A DNA stretch of 64,000 bases. Source: an uncultured Candidatus Micrarchaeota archaeon (lineage in GTDB: Archaea; Micrarchaeota; Micrarchaeia; Burarchaeales; Fermentimicrarchaeaceae). Under the pieces are notes generated by a model, which was given only the letters and a program-made list of their open reading frames with translations, made no database searches and had not been told where the DNA came from. The translations under genes were made by a program, and so were the position numbers. The stretch covers positions 1-64,000 of the forward strand of contig CAVXDX010000008.1 in NCBI GenBank assembly GCA_963760615.1. The letters run 5' to 3'. Shown here in pieces: positions 45,906-54,913 of the stretch. The stretch's first letter is position 1; each line of letters begins with the position of its first letter.

Positions 45906-46460
45906 ATGGAAAATATGGTACCAAAAAAATTATTCTTGACTAAGGGTGTGGGAAAAGACGTGGATCCTTTATCTTCTTTTGAGCGCGCCTTGAAAGACGC
46001 GGGAATCGAGAAATGCAATCTGGTGAACGTCTCGAGCATTCTGCCTCCCAACTGCGAGATAATTCCAAGAGAGAAGGGAGTTGAAATGCTTAAGCCTGGG
46101 CAGATGACCTTCGTGGTGATGAGCAGGAATTCCTCAAATGAGCCGAGCAGACTAATAGCAGCATCAATAGGCGTGGCAATTCCTAGTGATAGGTCCATGT
46201 ACGGCTACCTCAGCGAGTATCATTCATTTGGGGAAACTGATGAGAAGGCAGAGGAGAAGGCGGAGGATTTGGCTGCGTGCATGCTTGCATCAACTCTTGG
46301 CATAGACTTTGATATGAACCAGAGCTGGGATGAGAAAGAGCAGCTCTTCAAGCTCAGCGGCAAGATAGTCAAAACAAGAAATGTTGCCCAGTCTGCAATT
46401 GTTGACAAGGATGGGATGTGGACAACTGTCCTTGCTGCCGCAGTCCTGCTTCTTGATTAG
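45906..46460 (+). CDS. pdaD: Pyruvoyl-dependent arginine decarboxylase
   Basis: [25 protein letters not shown] (Ser-Ser cleavage site), YGYLSE. Confidence 0.92.
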   Translation: MENMVPKKLFLTKGVGKDVDPLSSFERALKDAGIEKCNLVNVSSILPPNCEIIPREKGVEMLKPGQMTFVVMSRNSSNEPSRLIAASIGVAIPSDRSMYGYLSEYHSFGETDEKAEEKAEDLAACMLASTLGIDFDMNQSWDEKEQLFKLSGKIVKTRNVAQSAIVDKDGMWTTVLAAAVLLLD

Positions 46461-46513
46461 ATTACTACACTTTCACCTTTTGATACGGACGGCCAACTGT
46501 GATCTTCCTCATG

Positions 46514-46756
46514 AGCTGCGCAGTGCTTTATAAACAATTTTGCGCAGCTTATTCTTTGATTTTATAAAGTTCTGATTGCTGAAACATACAATATTGCGCA
46601 GCTTATACCTCCAGTAGATTATTGATGAACTGCTCAATGCTTTATAAATGACTTTGAGCAGCCGATTCATTTATTTTCTATTGTTGTGCTTCTTACATCC
46701 AATATTTTTGAGCAGCTCAAGCCTCAGGTATATTTGTTGATGCAAAGCTGCTCAAT
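46514..46756. repeat. ~114-bp tandem repeat (about 2.3 copies), each unit with an inverted repeat flanking TTTATAAA
   Basis: Unit 1 GCTGCGCA-N18-TGCGCAGC (46515-46548); unit 2 CTGCTCA-N18-TGAGCAG (46630-46661); third sites at 46595 and 46709. Confidence 0.75.
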
Positions 46757-47087
46757 CTGCGCTTAAAAACAGAGAATTATCTACCGAGAGTTATCATAAA
46801 AGAGAGGCTGAAGTGCAGGTACTCAAAATATGGAACGGTAGTTACCCGCGCCACTCTGAAGAAGACTTTGGAATCTATTTTCAGATAATCTCAGCACAAA
46901 TAGATAACATATATATTATATGGAGCGCTGTAGGAGGCAGTGAAACGGCTATTTTCCGATGATTTCCCGAATGAGCGCAAACTTTGCGCAAAGAGGAATT
47001 AGGGGCAAGAAAACTGGATTGGGAATGCTTGAAAGAGGCGAATTTTCCACTTAATTCTACGCTTAAATTTTTGCGCAGATTCAATTT

Positions 47088-47639
47088 TCAGGCCAATTCC
47101 CTGAATTTTTTCTTGTCCGCCTTGATTTGCGAACGCAAGGCAAATCTTCCATAAGGGGTCTGCTTTGTCTTGGCGCCAGCTATGTTTCCCCGGTGAAATA
47201 TTATCTCATTTCCGAAAAAGGAGAGGATCCTTGCGATTTTCCTTGCACGCCAAGTCCCCCTTGCAATGTTCTTCTCAGTGCGCCGTTTTAGGCTTATTTT
47301 TCTTGAGATTTTTGGATTTACTATGTGCACGCTGCCGGAAGGCTGCCAATTCAGGCCAAGCGCTTCCTCTGCTGTCCTGCAGCTGAAATAGAACTCATTG
47401 CTTTCCAGGAAAAGCGCGACAGCCTGGAACAGGACCTTGAGCGGCTTTTCGATGAAAGAGCCTTTCCTTTCCTCCTCCAGAGGGACGTAGTAAATTCCCT
47501 TAAAAGGTGTTGGAAAGAGCTTGAGGGACGAGCACAGCGCGAGAATCTCCTTCTTGCTCAGCCCTTCTGAGCGAAGCTGCGCAAAACTGACTGCCTGCTT
47601 AGGAAGCATCAGAAACCACCTCTTGGAAAGCTGCTGCAT
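47088..47639 (-). CDS. Putative AbiEi-like partner/antitoxin
   Basis: N-terminal short HTH-like segment, then PFKGIYYVP...YFSCRTAEEALGL; coupled to an AbiEii-like gene. Confidence 0.65.
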   Translation of the reverse strand: MQQLSKRWFLMLPKQAVSFAQLRSEGLSKKEILALCSSLKLFPTPFKGIYYVPLEEERKGSFIEKPLKVLFQAVALFLESNEFYFSCRTAEEALGLNWQPSGSVHIVNPKISRKISLKRRTEKNIARGTWRARKIARILSFFGNEIIFHRGNIAGAKTKQTPYGRFALRSQIKADKKKFRELA

Positions 47640-48186
47640 CCTCCTGGTTTAGCGCCATAGAATCTATATCCTCTATCCTTCTTGGAAGACCGCTTTTCAC
47701 GATCAGCTTTTTCACCATAGCAGAACTGCCTTTCCCTTTCAGAATACAGAATATGTCAAACAGGTCCCTTGCCTCCTTTCTGTCATTATAGGCAGAAAGC
47801 TTCATTTGGAGAATGTCGTCAAGCGAGGCAACCTTTATTTTCGCGCCGCCGAAAACATGCTCCTGAATCTTTCGGATTTTCCTGTCTGGTTCAAAAACTT
47901 CAACCTTTATGCTTGTGTCCTCGAACTGCACCACGAGCTGATTCTTGAAAGCGCCGGGCATGGTGCGGTAGCCCTTCTTGGAAAGGCAGCCTTTGAGCTC
48001 TTCCTTGAGCTTTGTCTCGTCTCCGGCAATTGGAACGAAGTCCAAATCCACGCTTACGCGGTGCTTCAGGTAGAAAAGGGCAAGCGCTGTCCCGCCAACA
48101 AGGATTAATTTTCCCTGTGCGCATTCGGCAACATCCGGGAGTATCTCCAGTACCTTCTTGTATTTCCTGTTGAATGACTCATTCAT
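47599..48186 (-). CDS. AbiEii/AbiGii-family nucleotidyltransferase toxin
   Basis: LVGGTALALFYLKHRVSVDLDF...KL.A...R.EARDLFDI. Confidence 0.9.
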   Translation of the reverse strand: MNESFNRKYKKVLEILPDVAECAQGKLILVGGTALALFYLKHRVSVDLDFVPIAGDETKLKEELKGCLSKKGYRTMPGAFKNQLVVQFEDTSIKVEVFEPDRKIRKIQEHVFGGAKIKVASLDDILQMKLSAYNDRKEARDLFDIFCILKGKGSSAMVKKLIVKSGLPRRIEDIDSMALNQEDAAAFQEVVSDAS

Positions 48187-48291
48187 GGTTGTTTATTGAT
48201 GCCAAAACTATATAAACCTTGTTATTACTAGATTAAATTAAGTTTAATCTAGATAAACTTTAGTCGACTGTAAGAAATTCTAGAGTTTTCC

Positions 48292-48470
48292 GCTCAAGCC
48301 TCCGGTATATTTGTTGATTTCGAGCTGCTCAGAGTGGTAACTGCTTTCTGCGCCTGTTTCTACGCTTAATTTTTTATAGACACTTTCATGCCGAATCAAG
48401 CACTTCTATCTTGAGTTTCTGCGCCTAAAATGCGCCTGTTTCGGAGTTCTGGCAATCAATTGCGCCTATT
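48292..48470. repeat. Copy of 46715..46754 followed by four TGCGCCT direct repeats downstream of the integrase
   Basis: GCTCAAGCCTC.GGTATATTTGTTGAT....AGCTGCTCA (35/40 identical); TGCGCCT at 48349, 48420, 48431 and 48461. Confidence 0.7.
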
Positions 48471-48552
48471 TTACAAATTTCAATTTCTACGAATATTATT
48501 CTTTAATTTGCATTCTTTTTGCACTTAAAAGTAGAGAATCGTTTTCAGAGAG

Positions 48553-49758
48553 TTATTTTATGCCATTCATCAGGTTTTTATCTAACCCCATAGCAACGAC
48601 TTTCTTGGCTAGGAATTCCTTAACCTCCGGGTCCTGGAACAGGGCATTCATCAGTTCGTTTGCCTGCCCGTTGTAATCAACCAAAAGCTTCCTTTCGTCT
48701 AATGGATTGCCACATCTGCCGCAAAAGGACTGGCCGGGGGAATTCCTCTCCTTGCAGCGATGACAAATCTTAATATCAAGCTTGGGCTCTTTTTCCACAG
48801 GTTGCTCCTTCAAGGAGTACATCTGCAGGAGCGTGGAATCAACGTCCCTGCCAGACAGGTGCACGTAGATTGCAGCCATGTCGCTGCACTGGGTCCAGCC
48901 AAAGTATTCCTTCATTTGAGCCTCTGTAAGCTTGCTAGCCAAGGCTGTTGCACGAGAATGACGGAAAAGATGCGGATAAATGCGCTTTTTGACCCCGCTT
49001 GCCTTCCGGGTTCGGCGTAACATGGCAAGAACTGAAGGGTAGGAAACAGGGATTGGTTCGTATCTGCCTAGCCTGGAAGGCCAGAGAGGGGCGTTCGGGT
49101 TGTCCTTGTCCGGGTGCTCCTGAAGCCACTGGCCCAAAACCTGAACGCTTGCAATAACTCTTACTCTCCGGCTGCCTGTTTTACCATTAACAAGCAAAAC
49201 CCCGCCGTAATTGTCAAACTGGACGTTTTTCAGCTTAAGGTAGAGCAATTCGCCAATTCTGCAGCCGGATTCGTATAGAACCAAAATCAGAGCCTTATCT
49301 CGTGGATTTGTGGTAGCGTTAGCAAGCTTTTCAACTTCCTCAACCGTTAGCAGTTCCTCAGGGAGTTTGTGCTTTTCATTCCTCAATTTAGGCTTGAGCC
49401 ACTTTATAACTTCTGGGAATTCTTCATCTCCTCCCTTGAGCCATTTGTAGAATGTTTTGAGGACAATCTTGAAATCGTACACTGTGTATTCTGAGTAATC
49501 TTTTGAATCCATAGAGGAAACGAGCTCAATCAGATCCTCCTTTGTCGCTTCAGAAAAATCCTTCCCGAGCCATTCGGCAAGGTAGCGGACGCACCACATA
49601 CATTTGACCACGCGGAGCTTGCTTGAACCCTTGGCTAGCCTGATATGGGCGAAGTCCTCAATCTGCTTTTTGGTTTTTTCCGGGAGGACAGAGGCTCGCA
49701 GTCGTTGGAGCTCCTTTTCAAAGTTAGTCTGGTGCTTGTATATTGTGAATTCGTTCAT
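48553..49758 (-). CDS. Tyrosine recombinase/integrase with a C-terminal Zn ribbon
   Basis: LYESGCRIGE (R), KTG, HLFRH, FGW, AAIYVH (Y) catalytic set intact; CHRC...CGRC. Confidence 0.95.
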   Translation of the reverse strand: MNEFTIYKHQTNFEKELQRLRASVLPEKTKKQIEDFAHIRLAKGSSKLRVVKCMWCVRYLAEWLGKDFSEATKEDLIELVSSMDSKDYSEYTVYDFKIVLKTFYKWLKGGDEEFPEVIKWLKPKLRNEKHKLPEELLTVEEVEKLANATTNPRDKALILVLYESGCRIGELLYLKLKNVQFDNYGGVLLVNGKTGSRRVRVIASVQVLGQWLQEHPDKDNPNAPLWPSRLGRYEPIPVSYPSVLAMLRRTRKASGVKKRIYPHLFRHSRATALASKLTEAQMKEYFGWTQCSDMAAIYVHLSGRDVDSTLLQMYSLKEQPVEKEPKLDIKICHRCKERNSPGQSFCGRCGNPLDERKLLVDYNGQANELMNALFQDPEVKEFLAKKVVAMGLDKNLMNGIK

Positions 49759-49790
49759 GCCTCTGTCCTACTCGAAGATCTATTTATAGA

Positions 49791-49876
49791 TTGCTGCAGA
49801 ATCAAGCACTTTTGTCAGGCTATTGACGAAGAAGGGGCAAGACTATAGTATTATGCAAGATGCAGGGGGTGTAAGG
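49791..49876 (+). repeat. att-like repeat copy D immediately upstream of the integrase promoter
   Basis: 73/86 identical to 36164..36249; diverges after GGGGGTGTAAGG. Confidence 0.85.
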
Positions 49877-50046
49877 GGAGACCACGCCTCAGAGCAGAAC
49901 CCTCTTTGAAATGCCCTTCTACGCACTATACTGTAGCATTAGACGTTTATAAGCACTGCCCCGGTTTCTCCTCGGAGACGAGGGCGATTTCGTCCATTGC
50001 CTGACGTTAATAAACGAAAGAACAGAGGGCGTTTCCTAGGAAATGC

Positions 50047-50211
50047 TTATTTTTTCTGGGCAGGTTCTTCATAAATTAGATTATATTTTGTCAAAATTTC
50101 TCGTCCATTTTTTTCACTAATTTCTTTAAGGTCTTGCTTTATTGCATCATCAAGTACTATATCGCAGTAAGAGATTATTGTTCTTGGGATACCCTTGGTA
50201 ACTTCGTATAA
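50047..50211 (-). pseudogene. C-terminal relic of an AAA+ ATPase (lid region)
   Basis: LYEVTKGIPRTIISYCDIVLDDA resembles the ExeA/AAA_22 lid motif; no upstream open frame. Confidence 0.35.
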
Positions 50212-50357
50212 AAATTAGTGCACAACTTGTTAACAAACATTGGGCTGATTGTATTTCAACTCCGTAGATATTACTAACATTGATATTATTTAAATCTATC
50301 CTCGATAAATAGTTATGGAGGTATATGACCAGGCGGGAGTTTGAGTAAGGTGGATAT

Positions 50358-51500
50358 ATGGATAGAAAAATAGACCAACCAGAAGTTAGGTTTATAATTA
50401 AGCTAGTTTTTATTACTGGGCTTATTGGTCTTTTTAGCATTGCCATACCCTTTGTTCTTCTCGCTAACTATGCAAATTTTTCTGCACTAGTCGACTCACT
50501 TCGTTTGAATGGTTTACTGGTAGAAGCCACTTCACTAGTTAATAATCAAAATTATGGAAGTATCGTGCTAGCCTTTTTCTTAGCAATAGCTACTGGTTAC
50601 GTATACGTCTTAGTTGACTCTTCAAGCAAAAATTACTACATAGTATCAGAACCTGATCAAGAAAGAGAGTTTGGGATAATACTCACAATCTTTCGTCTCC
50701 TTAACTATATACTACCTCTTATCATTGTGGTGTATGCCCTTCTATCAGTAAATCATTATCTAAGTGGGCATCTGATAATTCAATTATTATTGGGCGTAGT
50801 AACGTTTTTTGTGATTTTTTTAGGTTCATTTTATCGACCTATTTTGGAAATACTTGTTTCTCTTCTATCTTACTTACCATATATCGGCAGACTGATTAAG
50901 TTTATTTGGGACATGAAGATACCTTTCATATTCATTATCGGTCTTATTATTCTCTTATTGCCCATAATACCCGTTTTGTTGAAAGAAAGTGTCATGCTAT
51001 TTCTTCTATTTATCTTTGGTGCGATAGTTATAGATATTGTAAAAGATATCGATGCCATTACAAGATCTTATAAAAGTTCAGAATTTTTCCTTATAAAAGA
51101 AAATAAGATCAAACTTGAAGGCAAAGGAACACAGGACTTTTGGTGGGACTTTCTCGCTAGATCTACTCTAGTAATTGTCTACCAAAGGGGCTTAGTGATG
51201 AGTGGTCTTATCTTTCTAGCTGCTGCTATAATCATGTTTTCAAATTTTCAAGGGTTCACCGTAGTAACACCGATTTATACACTTCTTGGTCTGGTTATTT
51301 GGTGCACCATTCTTCAAATGATGGCTATGCTACCTAAAAAGAAGGCGAGAATATGTTTTGTGGATAAACAGCCGCCAATGGATGTAATTATTATAGAAGA
51401 GAATTACAAGAATGGGTACATGTATGTACTACAAGAAGATAACAAGAGGCAAAAATTGTTGTTGCAGAATATCTCAAAAATTGAAGAAATTAACGATTGA
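50358..51500 (+). CDS. AT-rich polytopic membrane protein, unknown function
   Basis: 380 aa with about 9-10 hydrophobic segments. Confidence 0.7.
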   Translation: MDRKIDQPEVRFIIKLVFITGLIGLFSIAIPFVLLANYANFSALVDSLRLNGLLVEATSLVNNQNYGSIVLAFFLAIATGYVYVLVDSSSKNYYIVSEPDQEREFGIILTIFRLLNYILPLIIVVYALLSVNHYLSGHLIIQLLLGVVTFFVIFLGSFYRPILEILVSLLSYLPYIGRLIKFIWDMKIPFIFIIGLIILLLPIIPVLLKESVMLFLLFIFGAIVIDIVKDIDAITRSYKSSEFFLIKENKIKLEGKGTQDFWWDFLARSTLVIVYQRGLVMSGLIFLAAAIIMFSNFQGFTVVTPIYTLLGLVIWCTILQMMAMLPKKKARICFVDKQPPMDVIIIEENYKNGYMYVLQEDNKRQKLLLQNISKIEEIND

Positions 51501-51518
51501 CCATTACAATGTCGACTA

Positions 51519-52808
51519 CTAAATCCGATAGTATCTGCTGGTTTTGTCCACAAGTCTTTTTATGATTCTTTCTTGTTTCAATGAGAGCCGTCTATCATTT
51601 TCTATATAATCAAACATTGTTTGATAGAATCTTTTTTCCCATTCGGTAAGCAGGTTATAATCGATTCTATAAAGTTGAGTTAACAAAACCTCCTGGGGAG
51701 TCTTCGAAAGCCCCTCACCTACGTAATGTGTTTTGATCTCTTCTACACAACGCTCTATGTTATTAAATATCTCGGAGCCCGTAAATCTGAGAACAACGAA
51801 ACCCATTTTTTGTAACTCCCTGTCTATGTTTTTATCTCTAAATGCCTGCTCTTTAGTAGTTTGGTGGTACATATGTCCATCGCAATAAATTGCAATTGCT
51901 TTAGTATCATTTCCGATAAGCATATCTGGTTTTGTGATTATTCGGTCGTTGCTTTTCGTCTCAGGGAAACTTGGGGTAACAGGATAGTGTTGGACGAATG
52001 GAATGCTCTCCTCTACAAGTTTTTTGCAAAGAGGAACTTCTATTGGACTATCACAGTTTTTTTCAATATCCGATAATATACTGGTCATGTATAGCATTTT
52101 TTGTGCAGGTCTTATATCTATAACGAATTGTTTTTTTTGGTCTTGTTCGTGTTCTTTTTTTAGCTCATCAAAGTCAGTTTTTTTGGATATTGTACCAATC
52201 CTAGAGTAGAACGAGGTATAACCTCGTGCATTAAGAAGGTCATTTATCATCCTACTGAGGTATATATTGAGTACCATCTGGAACTGTGCATCATTGTAAA
52301 TCGGATAATCAATATCTTTCAGGGCTTGCAAGACAAACTCTTTTTTGAAACCCATCATAATAATCTCCATCTCGTCTATTTTGCCTGTTTTTATATCAAC
52401 CAGAATGTTGGTCCTAAATCGGAACAGATCAGTAGTTGCCAACTCTCCATCAATTTCCGAAAATAACGATGAAAAAGACTTATCACTCATTTTTATATTT
52501 TGTCTTGAAAAATAGAGATTGTAGCTTCTAAATTTATATGGTCCATAGGTGGTACTAAATGCTTGAATTTCATCGCTAGGTTTAGGAACTATGTACGCAT
52601 AATCCGGTAATTTTTCGATTTTCTTGATTAAAAAGTTTCTTCTATCCCTCTTTTTTAGGATTTCTTTGTGTGACTTGCCTAAGCAACATTTTTTATATTT
52701 TTTTCCGCTTCCGCACGGACAGGGATCATTCCGTCTGATACTCCTCTTTTTAATCCATTCCTCAATAAAATCTGCCATTTGTCTGGACATTCCGTCTAAC
52801 TCTGCCAT
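51519..52808 (-). CDS. SEC-C motif protein with a DUF559/Vsr-like endonuclease domain
   Basis: RNDPCPCGSGKKYKKCC; KPDMLI...AIYCDGHMYH...RDKNIDRELQKMGFVVLRFTGSEI. Confidence 0.85.
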   Translation of the reverse strand: MAELDGMSRQMADFIEEWIKKRSIRRNDPCPCGSGKKYKKCCLGKSHKEILKKRDRRNFLIKKIEKLPDYAYIVPKPSDEIQAFSTTYGPYKFRSYNLYFSRQNIKMSDKSFSSLFSEIDGELATTDLFRFRTNILVDIKTGKIDEMEIIMMGFKKEFVLQALKDIDYPIYNDAQFQMVLNIYLSRMINDLLNARGYTSFYSRIGTISKKTDFDELKKEHEQDQKKQFVIDIRPAQKMLYMTSILSDIEKNCDSPIEVPLCKKLVEESIPFVQHYPVTPSFPETKSNDRIITKPDMLIGNDTKAIAIYCDGHMYHQTTKEQAFRDKNIDRELQKMGFVVLRFTGSEIFNNIERCVEEIKTHYVGEGLSKTPQEVLLTQLYRIDYNLLTEWEKRFYQTMFDYIENDRRLSLKQERIIKRLVDKTSRYYRI

Positions 52809-52845
52809 ATCCTTCCCTTCATATGATAAAACATTATATCCGCCT

Positions 52846-53154
52846 TCAAAATTCCTTTCTTAGGTGATCAAACTCTTCGAATGATCTAAAGAATATAACC
52901 AGCGCCCCAATAATCGAAGCACTCTCTAATTCTGAAGATTCCAATTCGAATAGTACTAACCCTAGAAATTTCAAAACTACATATAAAATGATTATAACTC
53001 CGATGAACATCCCAGTCATAATCCCAAGTAAAGTGAGTATTTTATTAATTTTGATAAATTTTTTATAATTTTTATGTTTGAAAAAAATTTGCCATCCAAC
53101 GTATAGGACCGTAAGTACGACTCCAACTAAAATTGGTAGTATAACGTTAACCAT
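52846..53154 (-). CDS. Small membrane protein (about 3 TM)
   Basis: Hydrophobic 102-aa ORF in an operon with its neighbours. Confidence 0.6.
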   Translation of the reverse strand: MVNVILPILVGVVLTVLYVGWQIFFKHKNYKKFIKINKILTLLGIMTGMFIGVIIILYVVLKFLGLVLFELESSELESASIIGALVIFFRSFEEFDHLRKEF

Positions 53155-53155
53155 G

Positions 53156-53290
53156 TCAGCGCCTTTTACTACTAGCAGCGATTAATGCTCCAATTAGTGC
53201 GCCAACTAGTGTACCCTCAGGACCTGCTTGCGAGCCGATTATACCGCCAAGAATTAAACCAGCAAATACCTCATCATCTTTGCTACTCAT
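53156..53290 (-). CDS. 44-aa glycine-zipper peptide (absent from the ORF track)
   Basis: MSSKDDEVFAGLILGGIIGSQAGPEGTLVGALIGALIAASSKRR*; its stop lies 1 nt before the next ATG. Confidence 0.7.
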   Translation of the reverse strand: MSSKDDEVFAGLILGGIIGSQAGPEGTLVGALIGALIAASSKRR

Positions 53291-53397
53291 GTATACCAAC
53301 TACTAGTTAGTATGTTTAAGTATATAAATTTGTATAATGTATTACATTGTAAAGTCAAAGCAAGCTTAATATATCTCGCAATATTAAAATTGAGTCA

Positions 53398-54846
53398 ATG
53401 GTTTCTTTAACATTCTTCGGCGGGGTTAATGAGGTAGGGGGAAACAAGATACTCCTCAAGGACAGGAAAACCAAGCTATGGCTTGATTTCGGGATGAGCT
53501 TCTCCGGCTCGGCTGAGTTCTACTCTGATTTTCTCGGTCCCAAGAAGTGCAACGGTGTGGGGGATTACATCGAACTGGGGCTCGTCCCTGACATCAAAGG
53601 GCTTTACAGAGAGGATTACCTGAAGAAGATGGGAAGGAAGAAGGAGGAAAAGGAGTTTGACGGAATCCTGCTGTCCCATGCCCATATCGACCACATGGGG
53701 CATATTGATTTGGTGAGGCCCGATATCCCAGTATATTGTTCCCAGGGCTCAAAATGCATCATGGAAATGCTTGACACAACAAGCGGGGGGGAGTTCCTGA
53801 GGGAGAAGGTAAGCTTCTGCTTCGTCCCGAAGAAGAAGGGGGAGGGTTTGAAGCGCCTGGACAGTAGGGAGTCTGAGGGAATTGCCGAAAGAGCCATAAA
53901 AGTGGTTGAAAAGCCGTTTAAAGTCGGGGATTTGGAAGTCACGCCGATGTCTGTAGACCATTCTCTGCCGGGCGCATTGGCATTCGCAATAGAGACCAGT
54001 GAAGGTACGGTTGTTTACTCCGGGGATTTTAGGTTTCACGGACTTAATGAGAAGAAGACAAGGGAATTCGTTGAAAAGGCTGCCAAGTTTGAGCCGGTTG
54101 CATTTATCTGTGAGGGCACCAGGATTGACAGCAACAAGACAGAGACTGAGAGGGATGTGTACAACACAGTGACGAAGTTCTGCAAAGACTGTGAAGCTCT
54201 TATAATTGCAAACTACCCCCTTCGTGATACTGACAGGATGTCGACTTTCCTCAAGGCAGCTGAGGACCATGACAGGAAACTCGTTGTAAACCTTAAGCAG
54301 GCTTTCCTGCTTGATGCGTTTGAAAAGGCAGGGCAGGAGGCACCGAAGCTTGAGGATGTTTCTGTTTACATACCGCGCAAGTCCTGGGGCCTAGTAACTG
54401 AGGACGTGCATCCAGATTTGGTATACGGTGATTATGAAGCATGGGAGTGCCAGTTTGTTGATGCTGACAACTCCGTAACATGCGGGGAGCTCAGGGAAAA
54501 GCAGGATAGATACCTCTGGCACTGCGGTTTTTACGAGCTGAAGGAGCTTACTGATGTCAGACCTAAGAAGACAAGCAAGTACGTCTGGAGCGTCACCGAG
54601 CCGTTTGACGTGAAGATGGAGATGGACGAGAAGATAGTGATGAACTGGCTGGGGCACTACAACATAACTGAAATAGCCAGGTCGCATGTTTCCGGGCATG
54701 CAAACGGGCAGGATTTGAAGGAAACTGTTGATTTGATAAAGCCCCGGAAGCTGTTTGCGGTGCATACCGAGCATCCTGAGATGTTCAAGCTGGTGCATAG
54801 GGGAAGTGTAGAACTGGAGAGAGGAAAGGAATACGAGCTAGGGTGA
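53398..54846 (+). CDS. RNase J-like MBL/beta-CASP metallo-hydrolase
   Basis: GGVNEVGGNK, SHAHIDH, VDHS, YSGDFRFHG, HVSGHA, VHTEH. Confidence 0.9.
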   Translation: MVSLTFFGGVNEVGGNKILLKDRKTKLWLDFGMSFSGSAEFYSDFLGPKKCNGVGDYIELGLVPDIKGLYREDYLKKMGRKKEEKEFDGILLSHAHIDHMGHIDLVRPDIPVYCSQGSKCIMEMLDTTSGGEFLREKVSFCFVPKKKGEGLKRLDSRESEGIAERAIKVVEKPFKVGDLEVTPMSVDHSLPGALAFAIETSEGTVVYSGDFRFHGLNEKKTREFVEKAAKFEPVAFICEGTRIDSNKTETERDVYNTVTKFCKDCEALIIANYPLRDTDRMSTFLKAAEDHDRKLVVNLKQAFLLDAFEKAGQEAPKLEDVSVYIPRKSWGLVTEDVHPDLVYGDYEAWECQFVDADNSVTCGELREKQDRYLWHCGFYELKELTDVRPKKTSKYVWSVTEPFDVKMEMDEKIVMNWLGHYNITEIARSHVSGHANGQDLKETVDLIKPRKLFAVHTEHPEMFKLVHRGSVELERGKEYELG

Positions 54847-54913
54847 TGGAAAGAGAAGCGGGAGAGAAACTTAGTTAAATCTGAGGATGTAAGGGAATAT
54901 GCGCCGTATGTGA

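Noticed and set aside
46881-47084. 67-aa ORF downstream of the AbiE pair
   Set aside because: No recognisable motif, and it lies in repeat-rich intergenic DNA, so it is probably spurious.
49880-50040. tRNA or ncRNA integration target next to the integrase
   Set aside because: No cloverleaf was found. There is only a weak ~11-bp long-range inverted repeat (GAAATGCCCT/AGGGCGTTTC), too little to call.
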